Assembly: GCF_036321535.1 (NCBI RefSeq)
Contig: NC_087437.1
Location: forward strand, 114,020,001-114,084,000
Length of the DNA stretch: 64,000 bases
DNA from: Camelus dromedarius
Lineage: Eukaryota
Direction of reading: 5' to 3'
Positions 25,397 through 38,439 of the stretch are shown here, piece after piece; position 1 is the stretch's first letter; each line of letters starts with the position of its first letter. The translations under genes and the position numbers were made by a program. The notes under the pieces were generated by a model. The model worked only from the letters and a program-made list of their open reading frames with translations, searched no databases and was not told the origin of the DNA.

Positions 25397-26224
25397 GTCC
25401 CAGGGTTGGGCAGAGGAAGGAGCTGGGACACTTGCCAGCTCCTGTCCTGTCCTGGGCATTTTGTAGGTGCCTTACCATTTACCGTGATGCCTTATCCTCA
25501 CTGCAAACCTGTTCCTCAAAGGAAGAAACAGAGTCTCAGAGTAGCTATCTTCTAAGTCCACAAGCCATCTTCCATTATCATCCAGTTAAGTAAAAAGTCA
25601 GGGTTCTACAGTTCAAAAGTGATGGACATTCCGTTTTAAGGGAAAAATGGCACAGTCAAATGCTACTAGCACAGAGCATCCAATTTCCAGCCTCCCCGTC
25701 TCCAGTCCTCCTCTATCATGTCGGGAGTCACTGCCAAGATGGCATCTCAGGAGGGAAGAAGAGAAATACGCCATCTGTGATGATGGAGAGAAAGCTGGCA
25801 ACGAGCAGGACATGGACAAGGGCACCGATGCTCACAGGTGGGCTGTGTCAGAATCCCCCAGGGGGCTTGTGAGACCCCCAGGTTGCATCCACCCTCAGAA
25901 TATCTGATCCGGTGGGTCTCGGGTAGGGCTGAGATTCTTCCTCTCTAGCGAGTTCCCAGGAGACGCTGATGCCTGCTGGTGCAGAAACTACACTTGAGAA
26001 CCACGACATCCAGTATGGGGTGTTTCCACCTCATGCCTGTAGCAAACGGACCACCTCTACGCTGGGCACACCTGCACCGCACCTGCACAGTGTCCCTGCA
26101 CCATACGCATGCGCTGCCACAGGCACCATGTGCACACCCACCATACACGCGCATACACAGCCTGTGCCCCAGAGACACACTGAACACCTGCATTACCCGT
26201 AAGCAACGCACACAGACATCAGGC

Positions 26225-26702
26225 TGTGAACAAAAAATACTGCAAACCATATCAATGAACAAAGAGTGCTGAAGCCATCAAGTCATCAGCTGCTGCCGCC
26301 ACCCCCCAGTGAAGACAAGCCTGCAGCCCGGCCTCTGCAGCCACTCACAATGGTGCCCCCTGAGGGGACTCAGAATAAGAAAGGACAGGATACTGGCCCT
26401 AGATAGCTAGGTGCTTGTCAAAGGAGTGAATTCAATGAGCCCAAATGTTTGCTTCCTCCCATACATAGAATAGCACTAAATTCTTTAACTTGAGGTGCCT
26501 GTTTTTCTTTAGATAACAAGTAATCTTATTGTTCCAACTACCTGGTCTTTGTGTAAAGCTCCTGTATATCCTAGCTCCTCCCCTGCCTCTTCGGAGCAGT
26601 CCCTCAGAGCCATCTGAGAGGCTGTCATCCATCCCGGCTCGAGTCCTCCCGCCAAATAAAACAACTCTCAACTTTTAGGCTGCGCATTTATTTCAGTCGA
26701 CA
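26225..26702 (+). mobile_element. MER41-like ERV1 solo LTR (478 bp) inserted in a degenerate CA-rich tract
   Basis: TGTGAAC...GTCGACA termini, perfect 4-bp TSD AGGC (26221-26224, 26703-26706), AATAAA at ~26655. Confidence 0.9.
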
Positions 26703-29408
26703 AGGCACACAAACACCACCTGCCTGTACCACGTACTCACGTGCACAGACCCTCGTGTGCACACACATCTGCGCCAAAATGCGCACCAGGCACCCACGCA
26801 TCTGTACCCCCTATAACACACACACACATCCTCCCCGTATGCAGACAGGCATTCGTACACACACACACGTGCCCTGGCCGCCTGCACCATGCACACCTCA
26901 CACCCGCACACCCGTGCACCGTCCCTTTGTATCACACCCACTCTTCTGCAGATTCCAAGCTGCCAGCAGCTACCACCTCCCCACCCTGCTCTGCTCCCCT
27001 TCCTCCCTACCCTGTGTCCTCATCCCAGTTTCCCACTGGCCCAGGATGAGCCAGATACCTTTCCCAAAGTGTCCACCCAAAAGGTCCCTCGTGTCCTAGA
27101 CATCAGTTTCCTTCCCCACTCCTCGTATGACATGCCAACTCTTCGTGAACTGAGCTCTAATAAATTCTACTTATAATTCCAGTGCAAACATTTTCCATTC
27201 AACTTAAATAAGTACAACAAACAGTTTCAGGTCACTTTCTGTGCAAAGTCTTCATTCTTTCATTCAGTGCATACGCTAGCTCCCAGGTGAGCATCACACA
27301 CCAGACAGCCATGCCCTGTGCCGTCTCACACTTCACAGTCCGGTGGTGTGGACCATCCTCTCCAGCCCCCACCCAGAGCGAAGCAGATGACTCCAGCACT
27401 AAGCAAAAGATGGTCGGAGGGATTATAATAACATATAATCCAACCAACATGGCTACGAGGAGTCTGAGGGTCTTCATCCCAGCCATCTCCCAACCCCACA
27501 GAGTTGGGGGGGGTCCTCCTGCCTCCTCTGAGGTGAATTCTGGTCCCCATTGCCATTTGATTATTCTCCACAAATGGGGACACCATCCAGACTAGCAGGT
27601 GAAAATGAAAACTATGATCACATTAGCAATAACAATAGCAGGAAAAAAACTGATAACCACCTTTCCATGAGGATATATTATGCCCTATACATTTTAACTG
27701 CTGATTCTTACCCCAAGTATGATCATCCCATTTTCCAGATGGAAAAATAAATCCTCTGAAACACTAGCCTGAGGTCTTACAAATGGTAAATGAGGGTTTC
27801 AATCCCGTGACTGGCTTCAGCAGCCACTTCCTGTCCCGTGGAGTCTGCAGGCAGCACTGACACCGTTCACAGAAAGACCTGCTCCGTCTCCACAGCACCA
27901 CACACGGGAAGAACAGAATCCCAAGGGCAAAGGTGTTAAAGCAGACAGTCCAGATGAGTAGAAGAAATCACAGTGTTATTTTAATTTTTTTATAACTTGA
28001 AGCAAAGCCATAACTTAGAGAAAATCAGCTTTGAGAACAAGAAACTTTAGCTTTCCAAACCATGAATTATGTTCTCCTTGTATAACAGACTCCAGATTTT
28101 CAGAAGCCACACACATCCGTGTGACTGGTTAAACAGTGGGTAGGGAGGTCGTGAGGCTTGATTTAATTTCTCCATGATTCAGACTTGTCCAGACATGCAT
28201 CCTCAAACTGGATTTGAGGGCTGCAAGGATAAATAGTCCCCTGACCAGAAGATGTTCCCCGGGTCACCTCCCTCTGGCCCCGTCTGCTGACCTCCGAGGA
28301 AATTCAGCCCGGCAGTTAACATCTGTGGTCCCATCAGCCAGGCTGGAGTAAAAGGTACTTAACCGCGCAGCTCGTTTTGCAAGGTTAGAAAGAATCAATA
28401 GGAGATGTGTTTAATGTGGTATCATATCAGGTCTCAACGCACTTTTAAAACTGAAATATCCACAGTGGTGTATAATCCTAGTCTCACGGTAAAGAGAATG
28501 GGTTGCGTGTGGTCTAAGATAGATATCACGGCTTTATTACACACGTGAAAGAAAGCTGCGGAGTGGCCTCTGGAATTTCACTCTTGGCTGTCTTCTCTTT
28601 CTCTCTTTACCCCCCTCCACCTTCTCTCCCTTTCAGATGTTCCCTGTTCTCTCTCCCCCTCTCCCTCCCTCCTCTCCCTTCTTCTTCCATTTGTTCCTTC
28701 TTTCATCCTTCCCTTTAATTTCCGATGTTTGATTAGCTCCTGTGGAAAATAGCCAGGACTTCAGCAAACCACCAGAGAGGCTGGGTGACTTCCCCTCCAG
28801 TTCCTGTGAGCACACATGTCGATTATGAAATCCAGGCTTGGAAATCTCTCTCATGGCGGGAGCGGTGCTGGTTGGAACCCATCTGCCTAACAAAGCAGAC
28901 ATTTCCATAAGCTTCAGTGAAATTATTTTGAGACAGAAACCTGTCTAGACAGAGCATAATTAAACATAGCATCTTATTCTTTTGTTCAGTAGGCCACAAG
29001 GTAAAATTCTTTGGTGAGTCTAATGCATACTGAGTCTAATGCACACTATTGGAAAATTAGAGACAGGGACGGCAGTTACATCATGTGCTTGTGGGGCAGC
29101 GGGGGTGCTGGTTAATTTCATAATTAGGCACATAGGGGAAACCACAGTCTATAAGAGAATGAAGTGTCAGAAAAGATGAAAAGAAGAGAAACCAAACCTG
29201 GGTTCACCAATCTCCATCACATTTCCACAAGCAGCTGTAAGGACATTTTCACCGCTAGAAGAACTTGCCTGCAGAATCTTCACAGACCAACCCTATTCCC
29301 CGCGAGTGACTGTTGACCCAGTGCCTCAATCATCTGGCTTGAAAACTTACTGATAACTACCATTTTTAAGGGTTTTAACCCAAATGGCTGAACTGGGAAT
29401 AGAGCAGC

Positions 29409-29830
29409 TGTCCTGCTTTGCTGGGGCTGCTGTGACAAACACAGTGCACTGAGTGGCTTCAAGAACAGAAATGTACTTTCTCCCAGATCTGGAGGCCAGA
29501 AGTCTGAGGTCGAGGTGTCAGCAGCATGGTTCCCTCTGAGGGCTGTCAGGGGGAATCTGTTCCAGACCTCTCTCCTAGTTTCTGGTAGTTTCAGGCATCC
29601 CTTGGCGTGTAGATGGCGTTCCTCCTGTGTCTTCACATTGTTTTCAGTCTCTGTGTCCAAATGTCCCCCTTTTTTATAAGGACATCAGCTGTATTGGATT
29701 AGGACCCACCCTAATGACCTCATCCTAATGATCGTCTGCAAGGACCTTATTGCCAAGTAGAGTCATGGCCATCGGGGCTGCGGGTTAGCACTTCGGCGTC
29801 CTTTGGGGGAACACAGTGCAGCCCATGACA
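29409..29830 (-). mobile_element. MLT1 (B/C-like) MaLR solo LTR
   Basis: TG...GGGCTGCTGTGACAAA...TCTGGAGGCCAGAAGTCTGAGGTCGAGGTGTCAGCAG...GGATTAGGACCCACCCTAATGACCTCAT...CAGCCCATGACA. Confidence 0.85.
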
Positions 29831-32329
29831 AAAGCCATGTGTTCTCGTCCTCACATGCTCACACCCTGTTATCCTACTTTGAGCTGGAAATGCATCCTGT
29901 GTGTCCATTTAGAAATTCACACTCAATTCTATTTAACAGTGCCCTAACTACTTCAGAATTGAGGGGCTGACATGCCCAAAAGGAAATAAAATTTCCTTTC
30001 TTTGACTTTCTGGCGAACGAGCCTTTCCAAGGGCACAAGACAAAGGTGTAACCCAGACCACGTGGAAAAGACTGAGGTCCCGTTCAGAACGGAAGTCTCT
30101 CCCATCAGGGAATGGGAGTGTGGGCTGTGCTTCCTTTGGAAATTCACCAAAAACTGGGGAGGAAACCTCAGTAGCCTGAACTCTGTTATATTAACAGTAC
30201 CTTTGTCTCCACATCAGTGATAGAATAGTTCAGTATCACATGAAATGGGTAAGCTACATGGAGGATTGAATCTTGTGTACATTCCGGCAACGTTATACCC
30301 AATCCAACGTGGCCTCTCATGGTCCTGGTCCTATCCCACTAATAACAAAATCAACCAAGGAGACTTTCTCTAATTTTCCTCTACATGTTTGTAACATTAA
30401 ATATGCAAAACATAAATAAATAAAAAGATACTTTTTCCTATGGCCTTTAAACTAAGGTCTTCACGATTTAAATATAAGTCCCAGTTTTGTGTCAAAAATG
30501 TGGTGAACTTAGAAATGTGAAAATAGCAAACAAAATAAGGGGACAAATCCTATGACCATGGACCCAAAAAGTAACAGCAGGTCTCCCTTCAGGGTCTGAG
30601 CACTCCTTGACCCCTGGCCACCTCTTGGAACGTCATGTTTCTAAAACAGAGTAGCGAAAGGTTGCAGCTTCCTTGATTTGATTAATCCAATTAAGGAGGC
30701 TATTTGAAGCCAGTGCTGATTATACTCAATCTTACTACTTTCTTCTACAATGGGGAGTATATATGTTCCCTGTTTAATAACTGGATGTGCCCACTAAGGA
30801 GGGCCTTAGAGCTGAGAAATAAGAAGGTTTTACAAGGGAAAACTCTAGACTAAACCAAAGTATGAGTGAAGGAAGATCGAAGAAGGGAGCTCTATGCCTG
30901 TAAGAAAAGAATATCTTCCTCTCTTGTCTTTACAGTGAATTCCTTTCTTCTGTAATAGAGGACATTGAATTTAACATGTAATTTATGGTTATTTGCAGAT
31001 GGAGAGCTTAAGACTCTTAGAAACCATGACGGTGACTCTGACTCCTGCCTGTAGCATCCATCCCTCATTGCCTGTGGGGGACACTCGGAGGGAGGGAGTG
31101 ACTGGGGTTATTCTCCGTCTTCTATCATAGACATAAAAAAGCATCAAGTCCCAGTGAAACGTTTTCATACAACTCACTCTGTGGAGGATGGCCATTGTGA
31201 AAACTTGGATAAAATTCTAAATCATGTTGACATTCACATAATCCATGTAGATCCAAAGTGGAGGTAGACACGTGACCAGGGCTCTGTCTCACTGCCTGTG
31301 TCCTGTGGGTGAAGAACAGCAGCGAGGCTGTTTGTCTTCTCTTCTCCAGCTCCTCCCCCAACACTACCCACCCACCCTCAGTTGTCCTTTAGTTCAAATT
31401 CACTGAACCCCGTAATTCCGAGTCTTCCTTCTTTAAGGGATCATTGTGCTTTGCTCTTAAACATTCTCATGCCAACTGTTGGTTTCTACCCTAAGAGCTA
31501 GTTACCCACGCCCTCTAGCCCAGATTGCTCACCGTCAGTGAGGGCAGCAAAGCAGAGCAACTGCGCACACGGATGGAGGCTCCCAAAGGACCACGGTTTG
31601 AAACCGGGCTCTGCCAGGAGCTAGTTATGTGAGTTGGATAAAGACCTGCCTCTCGAACCTTAGTCTCCTCATCTGTATGATGGAGAAACTATGGCCACAA
31701 TCACAGTGTGGTTGTGAGAATTCAAGGATCCAGTAAACCTGGCACGCGCTACGTGCTTGGAAAATGTTAACTTTCACTGTCATCATGGTTATTCTTAACT
31801 GCTCTTAATACTTGCCCACTTAGATATCTGTTATCCACTGTTTGTTTACAGTCATATTGCAAATGTATTTTTTTCTGTGACAAATGAGGCATTAGGGTTC
31901 ACTTAGTTTATCCTTCTCACCTGACAGATGAAAAGCTAAGGGGTCCACGCGGCTGGCTACCAGCCATTCTCCTTCCTTCTTTGTATTTTCCCCAGTAGCA
32001 TCAAAGGCCATCATGCAATGAAAGCTCATCCATCAAGTTTTGAAGGAAAAAGGTGTTATCCAAGAATCCTATGGTCCCCAAGTTGTCACTCATATGTAAG
32101 GTACCTGAGTGATGCATTGAGAAAGCAGACAACTGTCCCAGAACATATTTGTGGAGGATATACTTCAGCTTAATGAGAGAAAAACCTTGTAACAATATGA
32201 TAAAACTCATTAAAAATAATAGCCAACTCTAAAATCACAGATGACACGAACAAAAACTGGGTAGTGAGTCTGAATATAATATGAGAACAAAAGATTATTT
32301 ACATCCTCATTTTACATAGAAGCCAGCGA

Positions 32330-33344
32330 GTAAATTATGCTTCACTTTTTACGTTGATAGATTCATAAATATTGACATAAGTATTTTAACAACTTAAGGC
32401 AAATTATTAGTAGAACTTAAAACAGAATCACTAGAGATCAAGAAGGATTTATTCTAAGAATGCAAGAACGATTTACTATAGAAATCCCCAAACAACTCAC
32501 CGCATTAGGCAAAAGGGAAGTCACAGGGATATTAACCCTTTAAGGTCCAAAATGTCTTTGATAATATTGACAACTAGTATTGATTTTCACAAAGTCTTTT
32601 AATAAACCGGGAGTAGACATCAATATTCCTCACCATATTAAAGACCACTATTACTCACATTTAGCCAACCATCATTAACGCTGAAAATGGAAACACCCAC
32701 GTTAATGTTTGAAAAAGATGTGCTACCTGCTATAGCCACTATTTTTAAAACAATTGATCTGAAAGTTACAGCAATGCAAAATTTTTTTTTAAAGACAAAT
32801 GACAATCTATAAAGATTGTAAAGAAAGAGGCAGGTTATTAGCAGTTGTAAAGAAAATATCAAAACTTAACTGAGGGATATAAAAAAAGCCCTGAATAAAG
32901 AAGAGAGAAGCCACATTCCAGGATAAAGGCAAAAACAAGGAAAAGTTCCACCCCCCCCAAAATAATTCATAGACACAATTAATTTTTTTAAATCGCATTT
33001 AGATTTTTGAAAACATGGCAGTGAAATGTTAAATATATCTGGAAGAATTAAATACTTAATAATTGAACATCTAATTGAAAAATAAGCATACCTGTTGATT
33101 TTAGAAAATATATAGAATTTGTGAATATATAGTATAATTATATGTAGGAGCGTATTTATTATAAAACAGTAAAAAAAAATTGCAGAAATAAAAACAACTG
33201 AAAGTAGACAGTATTAAGTATAAGAACTATAAAGAAAGCCAAAAAGAGAGTTCACGCCAGGCATTAAATATCATGTAAATTATGTTCACATATTTAGAAT
33301 GATCCCAAACCTGTAAATATTTACTGCAAATGTGCACATAAACT

Positions 33345-33393
<49 letters not shown>

Positions 33394-33575
33394 GTCCCCA
33401 AAACATTTAAAAATTTTTTATTTATATTAAAGAAAAGAACTGAAAGATAATGTCTGCCGAAATTGTCACATGGGTATACGGGTTCTCTCTACGTGGTATG
33501 TTTTAGATAACTTATTTTTGTCTTTGAGCTTTTCTGTATTTCCAACTTTTTCTAGAAGAAATACACTATAAAACC
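32330..33575 (+). mobile_element. Highly decayed L1M ORF2 (RT region) and 3' end remnant
   Basis: GATCAAGAAGGATTTATTCTAAGAATGCAAG resembles the DQVGFIPGMQ-coding segment. The strand is A-rich and ends in a TTTTCTGTATTTCCAAC 3' end motif. Contains a (GT)n microsatellite at 33347-33390. Confidence 0.6.
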
Positions 33576-34564
33576 ATAAACGACATAATGTGTGCATAAC
33601 ACTAGTGCTTCGCATAATGTTTTGTGGCAATACTTACCCTTTTTTTAATCACAGAAATCTCTGAAATTCTTATAACATTTTTAGCACTCACCCCCCGCCC
33701 CAAACTGCATTATATATAAACAAACACCAAATTTTGCGTAAAGTTAAAGGTCTGATAATCCTGTGTAAGTCCACTCGAAGACTCTAGGTAAAGAACAAAC
33801 TGTACAAATTTCAAAGTAATTCCTCATGCATTATCTCCATAGATCCTCACCAAAATCTTAATAGAATAGCTGCTATTTTTGTCATTTTAAAGACAAGGAA
33901 AGTGGGTATCATGAGGTCAAGAACACACAGCTAGCAGGGACAGAAGCCCCACACAAGTGGCCACGTCTTCTTGCCTAGCACTGAGTGTTTTATGTTATAG
34001 CACAGCTTCCGTTTATTAAATGCTGAATAGGATGTGGTCAGATAAAGCAAAGCAGAGCTTGAGTTCTGACTGACCCCTGAAACTTGGGAAAAATCTCCCA
34101 AGTTCACCGTGCTTTGGTTTCCTCACCAATAGAGCAGAGATACTAACACTTGCCCTGGATATCTCCCAGAGTTGATATGGAGACAAAATGTAGGGGAAAG
34201 CACCTGCAAAACAGAATTTATCATCATTATTATTATTAATACATAAATGTTTCTATTACGAACCTATTACAAACTCCGTCAGCTCTGGGGTAAATGCTGA
34301 TGGGATGTAGGTGGGAGGGGGAAAAGAAAAGACAAAGCATCTCACTAAAAGGCAGTTAAAATGTGCCATTCTTGTTGAAAGAATGTGTCTCCCTGTGTAA
34401 TTAGCAATCTGCTGTGCGTTGAACAACGGTTTTTTGGTAGGATTCTGTTACATCAGTTGCATGTGACCATGCTGTGAAGTGAATTCACACAGTGAGGAGC
34501 TCCCTGCTTTAAAAGAATGCTCAGTTTCACAGATACTTGTCTCATTTATTGCTGTGACAATTTT

Positions 34565-34729
34565 TTTAAATTTTTAAAATTATTTTTTAATTGAAGCATA
34601 GTCAGTTACAATGTGCCAATGTCTGGTGTACAGCATAATGTCCCAAATTTATCCCTTCCCACCCACCTTCCCCCAATAACCATAGATTGTTTACTATGTC
34701 TGCAAGTCTGTTTCTGTTTTGTAGATGAG
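34565..34729 (-). mobile_element. 5'-truncated young artiodactyl/camelid L1 3' end
   Basis: TTTTTTAATTGAAGCATAGTCAGTTACAATGTG...TCTGGTGTACAGCATAATGT. TSD TGTGACAATTTT (34553-34564) / TGTGACGATTTT (34730-34741). Confidence 0.85.
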
Positions 34730-37700
34730 TGTGACGATTTTAATGATTAAAATTTTAGGTAATTTTCGAAGTCTTTCTACTGAATTCATCACAGACTTAC
34801 TGAAGACTAAAGAATAATTAAGGCACGGAAAGGGATCCTCGCAACCATCTTTACTATCAGAGGTCATTCACGTGCCTTGAAACCCAACATTGTCCTTCCT
34901 TAAATCTGGTCCTCCATAAACTGAAGCTGAGCCTGAGTAAGAGGCTGAGTTAGTGCTGAATGAGAGGCTCTGACAGCAAAAAGCTGGATGTCATTTCATC
35001 TCGACGAGGCTCGGTTTCCTCATCAGTCACCTGGATACCATGAAGCCTGTTTCAATGTGGAAAATCCCTGTGAACTGCAATGGGCCATGAAGAAAATGGA
35101 AGGAATCCTTTTTTAGTGCATTTGGAAATTTCCTGAGCCAGTTCCGTCCGACATCTTCTTCATCACAGGACACCTTTGACATCACCTAATGTGCTTAACA
35201 GTCAGTCCCTAAAACTGAACTGAGACTCATTACTGACGCTCCTATTTGGTTTTCACTGCTGATTGCACTCACCTACTTAGCTACCCGCTGTTCACTACTC
35301 ACCAGGGGACGGACCATCTGGATTGATTATCTATTTTATTTCTTAGTACTCAACAGAAGGGTAGTTGAGCTCAAAACTTTATGTGATGATTCTTCCATCC
35401 TTAGCCATAACCCTTCTACAGTTGCTCGGGAGGGATGGTTACAGAGCCCATGAGTGTGAGATCACTCCGGGCTGCTCTTCTGACCTCTAAATGGAGTCAG
35501 TCCTGAGGGATGGATAGAATTTCACTGCGTTTTCCCATTTCATTTGTCTAATGAAATCATTGTTTGCCCTTTGTTCTGTACTTTTGCCCTTTTTTGGTCT
35601 TAAGGTGGACCATTCAGTGGCCCCCTCCAGTTTCTCTAGGAAAACTAGGAATTTTAAACAGACTCTTATCAAACCTCAAGAACTTGATTTTTTTTTTCCT
35701 AAATGTATCATACCAAATAAATTCCCCCTCACAGAGTTAGGCCTTTTGTTATTTGCTTGCACATAGACGTGAATGGATGTGTAAATCTGTAATGTGTGAA
35801 ATTGACAAAACTCACACCACCACCTGCAAATGAACCACTTATTGTCGCGAACTGGGTCATTTTTCATACTGCTGTAGTGTGATCACATTCACGCTAAAGA
35901 GCAACAGAACTTTAGCCTCACCTGGAGTCACCCGGGGCACTTGTTAAAATAGATATTACCAAACCTCACCCCAGAATTACTGAGTCGGGCTCTGGAGGTG
36001 AGGCTGAGAATTGGCATTTATAGAAAACGCTAGGAAAGTGTTGCCACGGAGAACTGGCTCAGCCTGGCTCCTGAATGATCCCGACTCTTTATGGGGAACC
36101 TACTGTTTATCCCAAGCCCCTCAGGAGAACAAGCTCCCACCTAGACTTTGTTAACCTAGTCCCAGAAGGCAGCTCCGGACGCAATCTGACTTCATATCCC
36201 AGACTCAGAGGTTGGATCCTAAAGATCTTAGGCCAGTTGGGATCTTGTCTGTGACGGAGCAAAGTGCTGGGTTTTCAGACGGCTCAACTAACCTTCTGCT
36301 TTGTATTCTCCTCTTTCCCAAAAACAAAACAAAACACAGTGAAGACTTCCCTTATTTGATCACCATTACATTTTAGTTCCCTGGAATGAGTTTTACTGAC
36401 ATCACAACTCATGAAATTTAAGGAGATGCTCCAGTCTGAGATATCATTGACTATGCTAGAAATGGTGACCTTGTATCATAAAGAGACTGGCCGTGATGAC
36501 TAAAACGCTCCCAGGTGGAGTCTCCAAGTGCCTGCTGGACCTCCATGCTCCTCACGGCTCTCCTCCATCTATCTGCCCTTTGGAAGGAGGAGACGGCATA
36601 CTCACTGGAGTAAAGAGGCAATGCATTTTTTTCTGAATTTAGCCAGAATGAAGATACTGACTTGAAGCAGAAAAAGTCATTATTTTTTATTTTCCCCTCT
36701 TTTTTTTTCTTTAAATTCTAGGATGAGAAGTAATTTAAAACAGTCATATGCAATTGTACTTCCTGGAGTCTACTGAGTCCATGCTGCGATTCATAACCAT
36801 TACTTCACGCAGCATGAGACCTCATTAGAATGCTGATGTTTATCTTCCTGACCCATCACTTCTTTTCTTATCTTACTGACCCATGACTTGCCATAGTCCT
36901 TGGGTGAGTAATTTCAAATACCTGCGGCCACTAACTCCAATCTATCCCAGAGGAAGAAGATTCATGCGTTACAGGCAGTGAGGATTTGGGGGCATAAAAG
37001 GAAACTTAATTTCACTTGAGTATCAAATATTCCTTGACAAACGTGTTGACCACTGTGTCTTAAAATAAATCTGAGAAACTACTAAATGCCTATAGGGAAG
37101 CTTTCCTATCAGGTATATGCAGAGAGAGGTGAAGTGGCTTACGCTGCCTGCTTCCAGGTGTGCCCACCCCTAACCACTGAAACAAACTTAGGTCCAGGGA
37201 AAAGGAATTTGTTTCTGAGCTGGAACCTTATTTCAGTGGCCATGGAAAGGAATAGCTAATAACACTCTTCTCTCTTAATATAAAGCGGTAGAATCTCTCG
37301 TACGACAAATAAAAATTAAACCAGCCCTCGGGAGCTGTGTGGTCAGGCCACTCAAAACGGCTGTTCTCTTCCTCTCTGTTCATCCTCTGCTGGACAGTGC
37401 CTGCTTCACCACACTTACTCCCCTGGCTGGCCTTCCTACAAACTAGCCCTAGGCCCCAGCTAGGGATTGTTCTAATCAAAGGGGTGGTGGGGGGCATGCC
37501 CTTCTGCTGGTTTTCCTGGTAACCAAGGAGCTAGCCTGGTGTCACTTCTCCCTGCAGTAGGTGGGAGCCTCCCCCTGCCCTCTGGACCGAAGCCTGCCGC
37601 CATGCCCTGCCCACCACCCACTGCACACAGTGGGGTGTTGAACTAGGACCTTGCTTCCGACATATAAGCTCCCCCATCCATTAAACCATTGATGTCTCTG

Positions 37701-38439
37701 TCGCTGACTCTGGGCTCTTTCCTCAGTCTTGAAGCTGGGTGAGGTCCGCAGGGTGCCGTCCAACAGAAGCACACACATGTTGGTGTTACCCTCTAGGGAA
37801 CACAACACACACACGTATACACACACACACACACACACACATTCACATCTCACATACTTCTACACATACCCTCACACTTACAAACTTGGCAGCATGCTGG
37901 CTCAGCCAATATTTCTGAATCATCCTCAAAAAAAGAATTGCTTTTAGTGCAAGTATATTCTTAAGAAAATGAAGTCATATTAGCCAGTTGTTTTTAACCA
38001 GCACTTGGAATAGAGTATAATATTTCTCTTTAAGTTTTAAATGTCCTAATTCAAACAAAAATTTTAAAGATCCAACAGATTTTTCTTTTCCATTTCACGA
38101 CTGATACCTCGTTGTTGAATTTTTGTCAGCCTTTCCTTGCTAACTCGTTAAATGGCTAACTCTTGTTGAGCTGAGAAAATGTCCACCTGTGATGTAGAAG
38201 GTAGAATGCTGAATGCTTGAAATCTCCACCAGCAGATATACCGAGTGTCCAGATAATGGCAAATAGTTTGCACAACTGGTTACTTCTGGAATGAATCGAG
38301 GTAAATGTATTTCCCCAGTGTTAAATGGTGGGCAACAAGAAAGAGAGTTGTTGAGTGCATTACAGAATGTTCACTTAATGTAAACACCACCACGATAAGA
38401 AAGAAGCCCGATTAGCAAACAGAAAAATGCATGTGGTAG

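Noticed and set aside
7294..26702. Possible full provirus between the two MER41-like LTRs
   Set aside because: The LTRs are inverted, have different TSDs and enclose ordinary host DNA with no PBS, gag or pol.
25945..27176. Cluster of overlapping His/Thr/Cys/Val-rich ORFs
   Set aside because: Translation of a degenerate (CA)n-like low-complexity tract.
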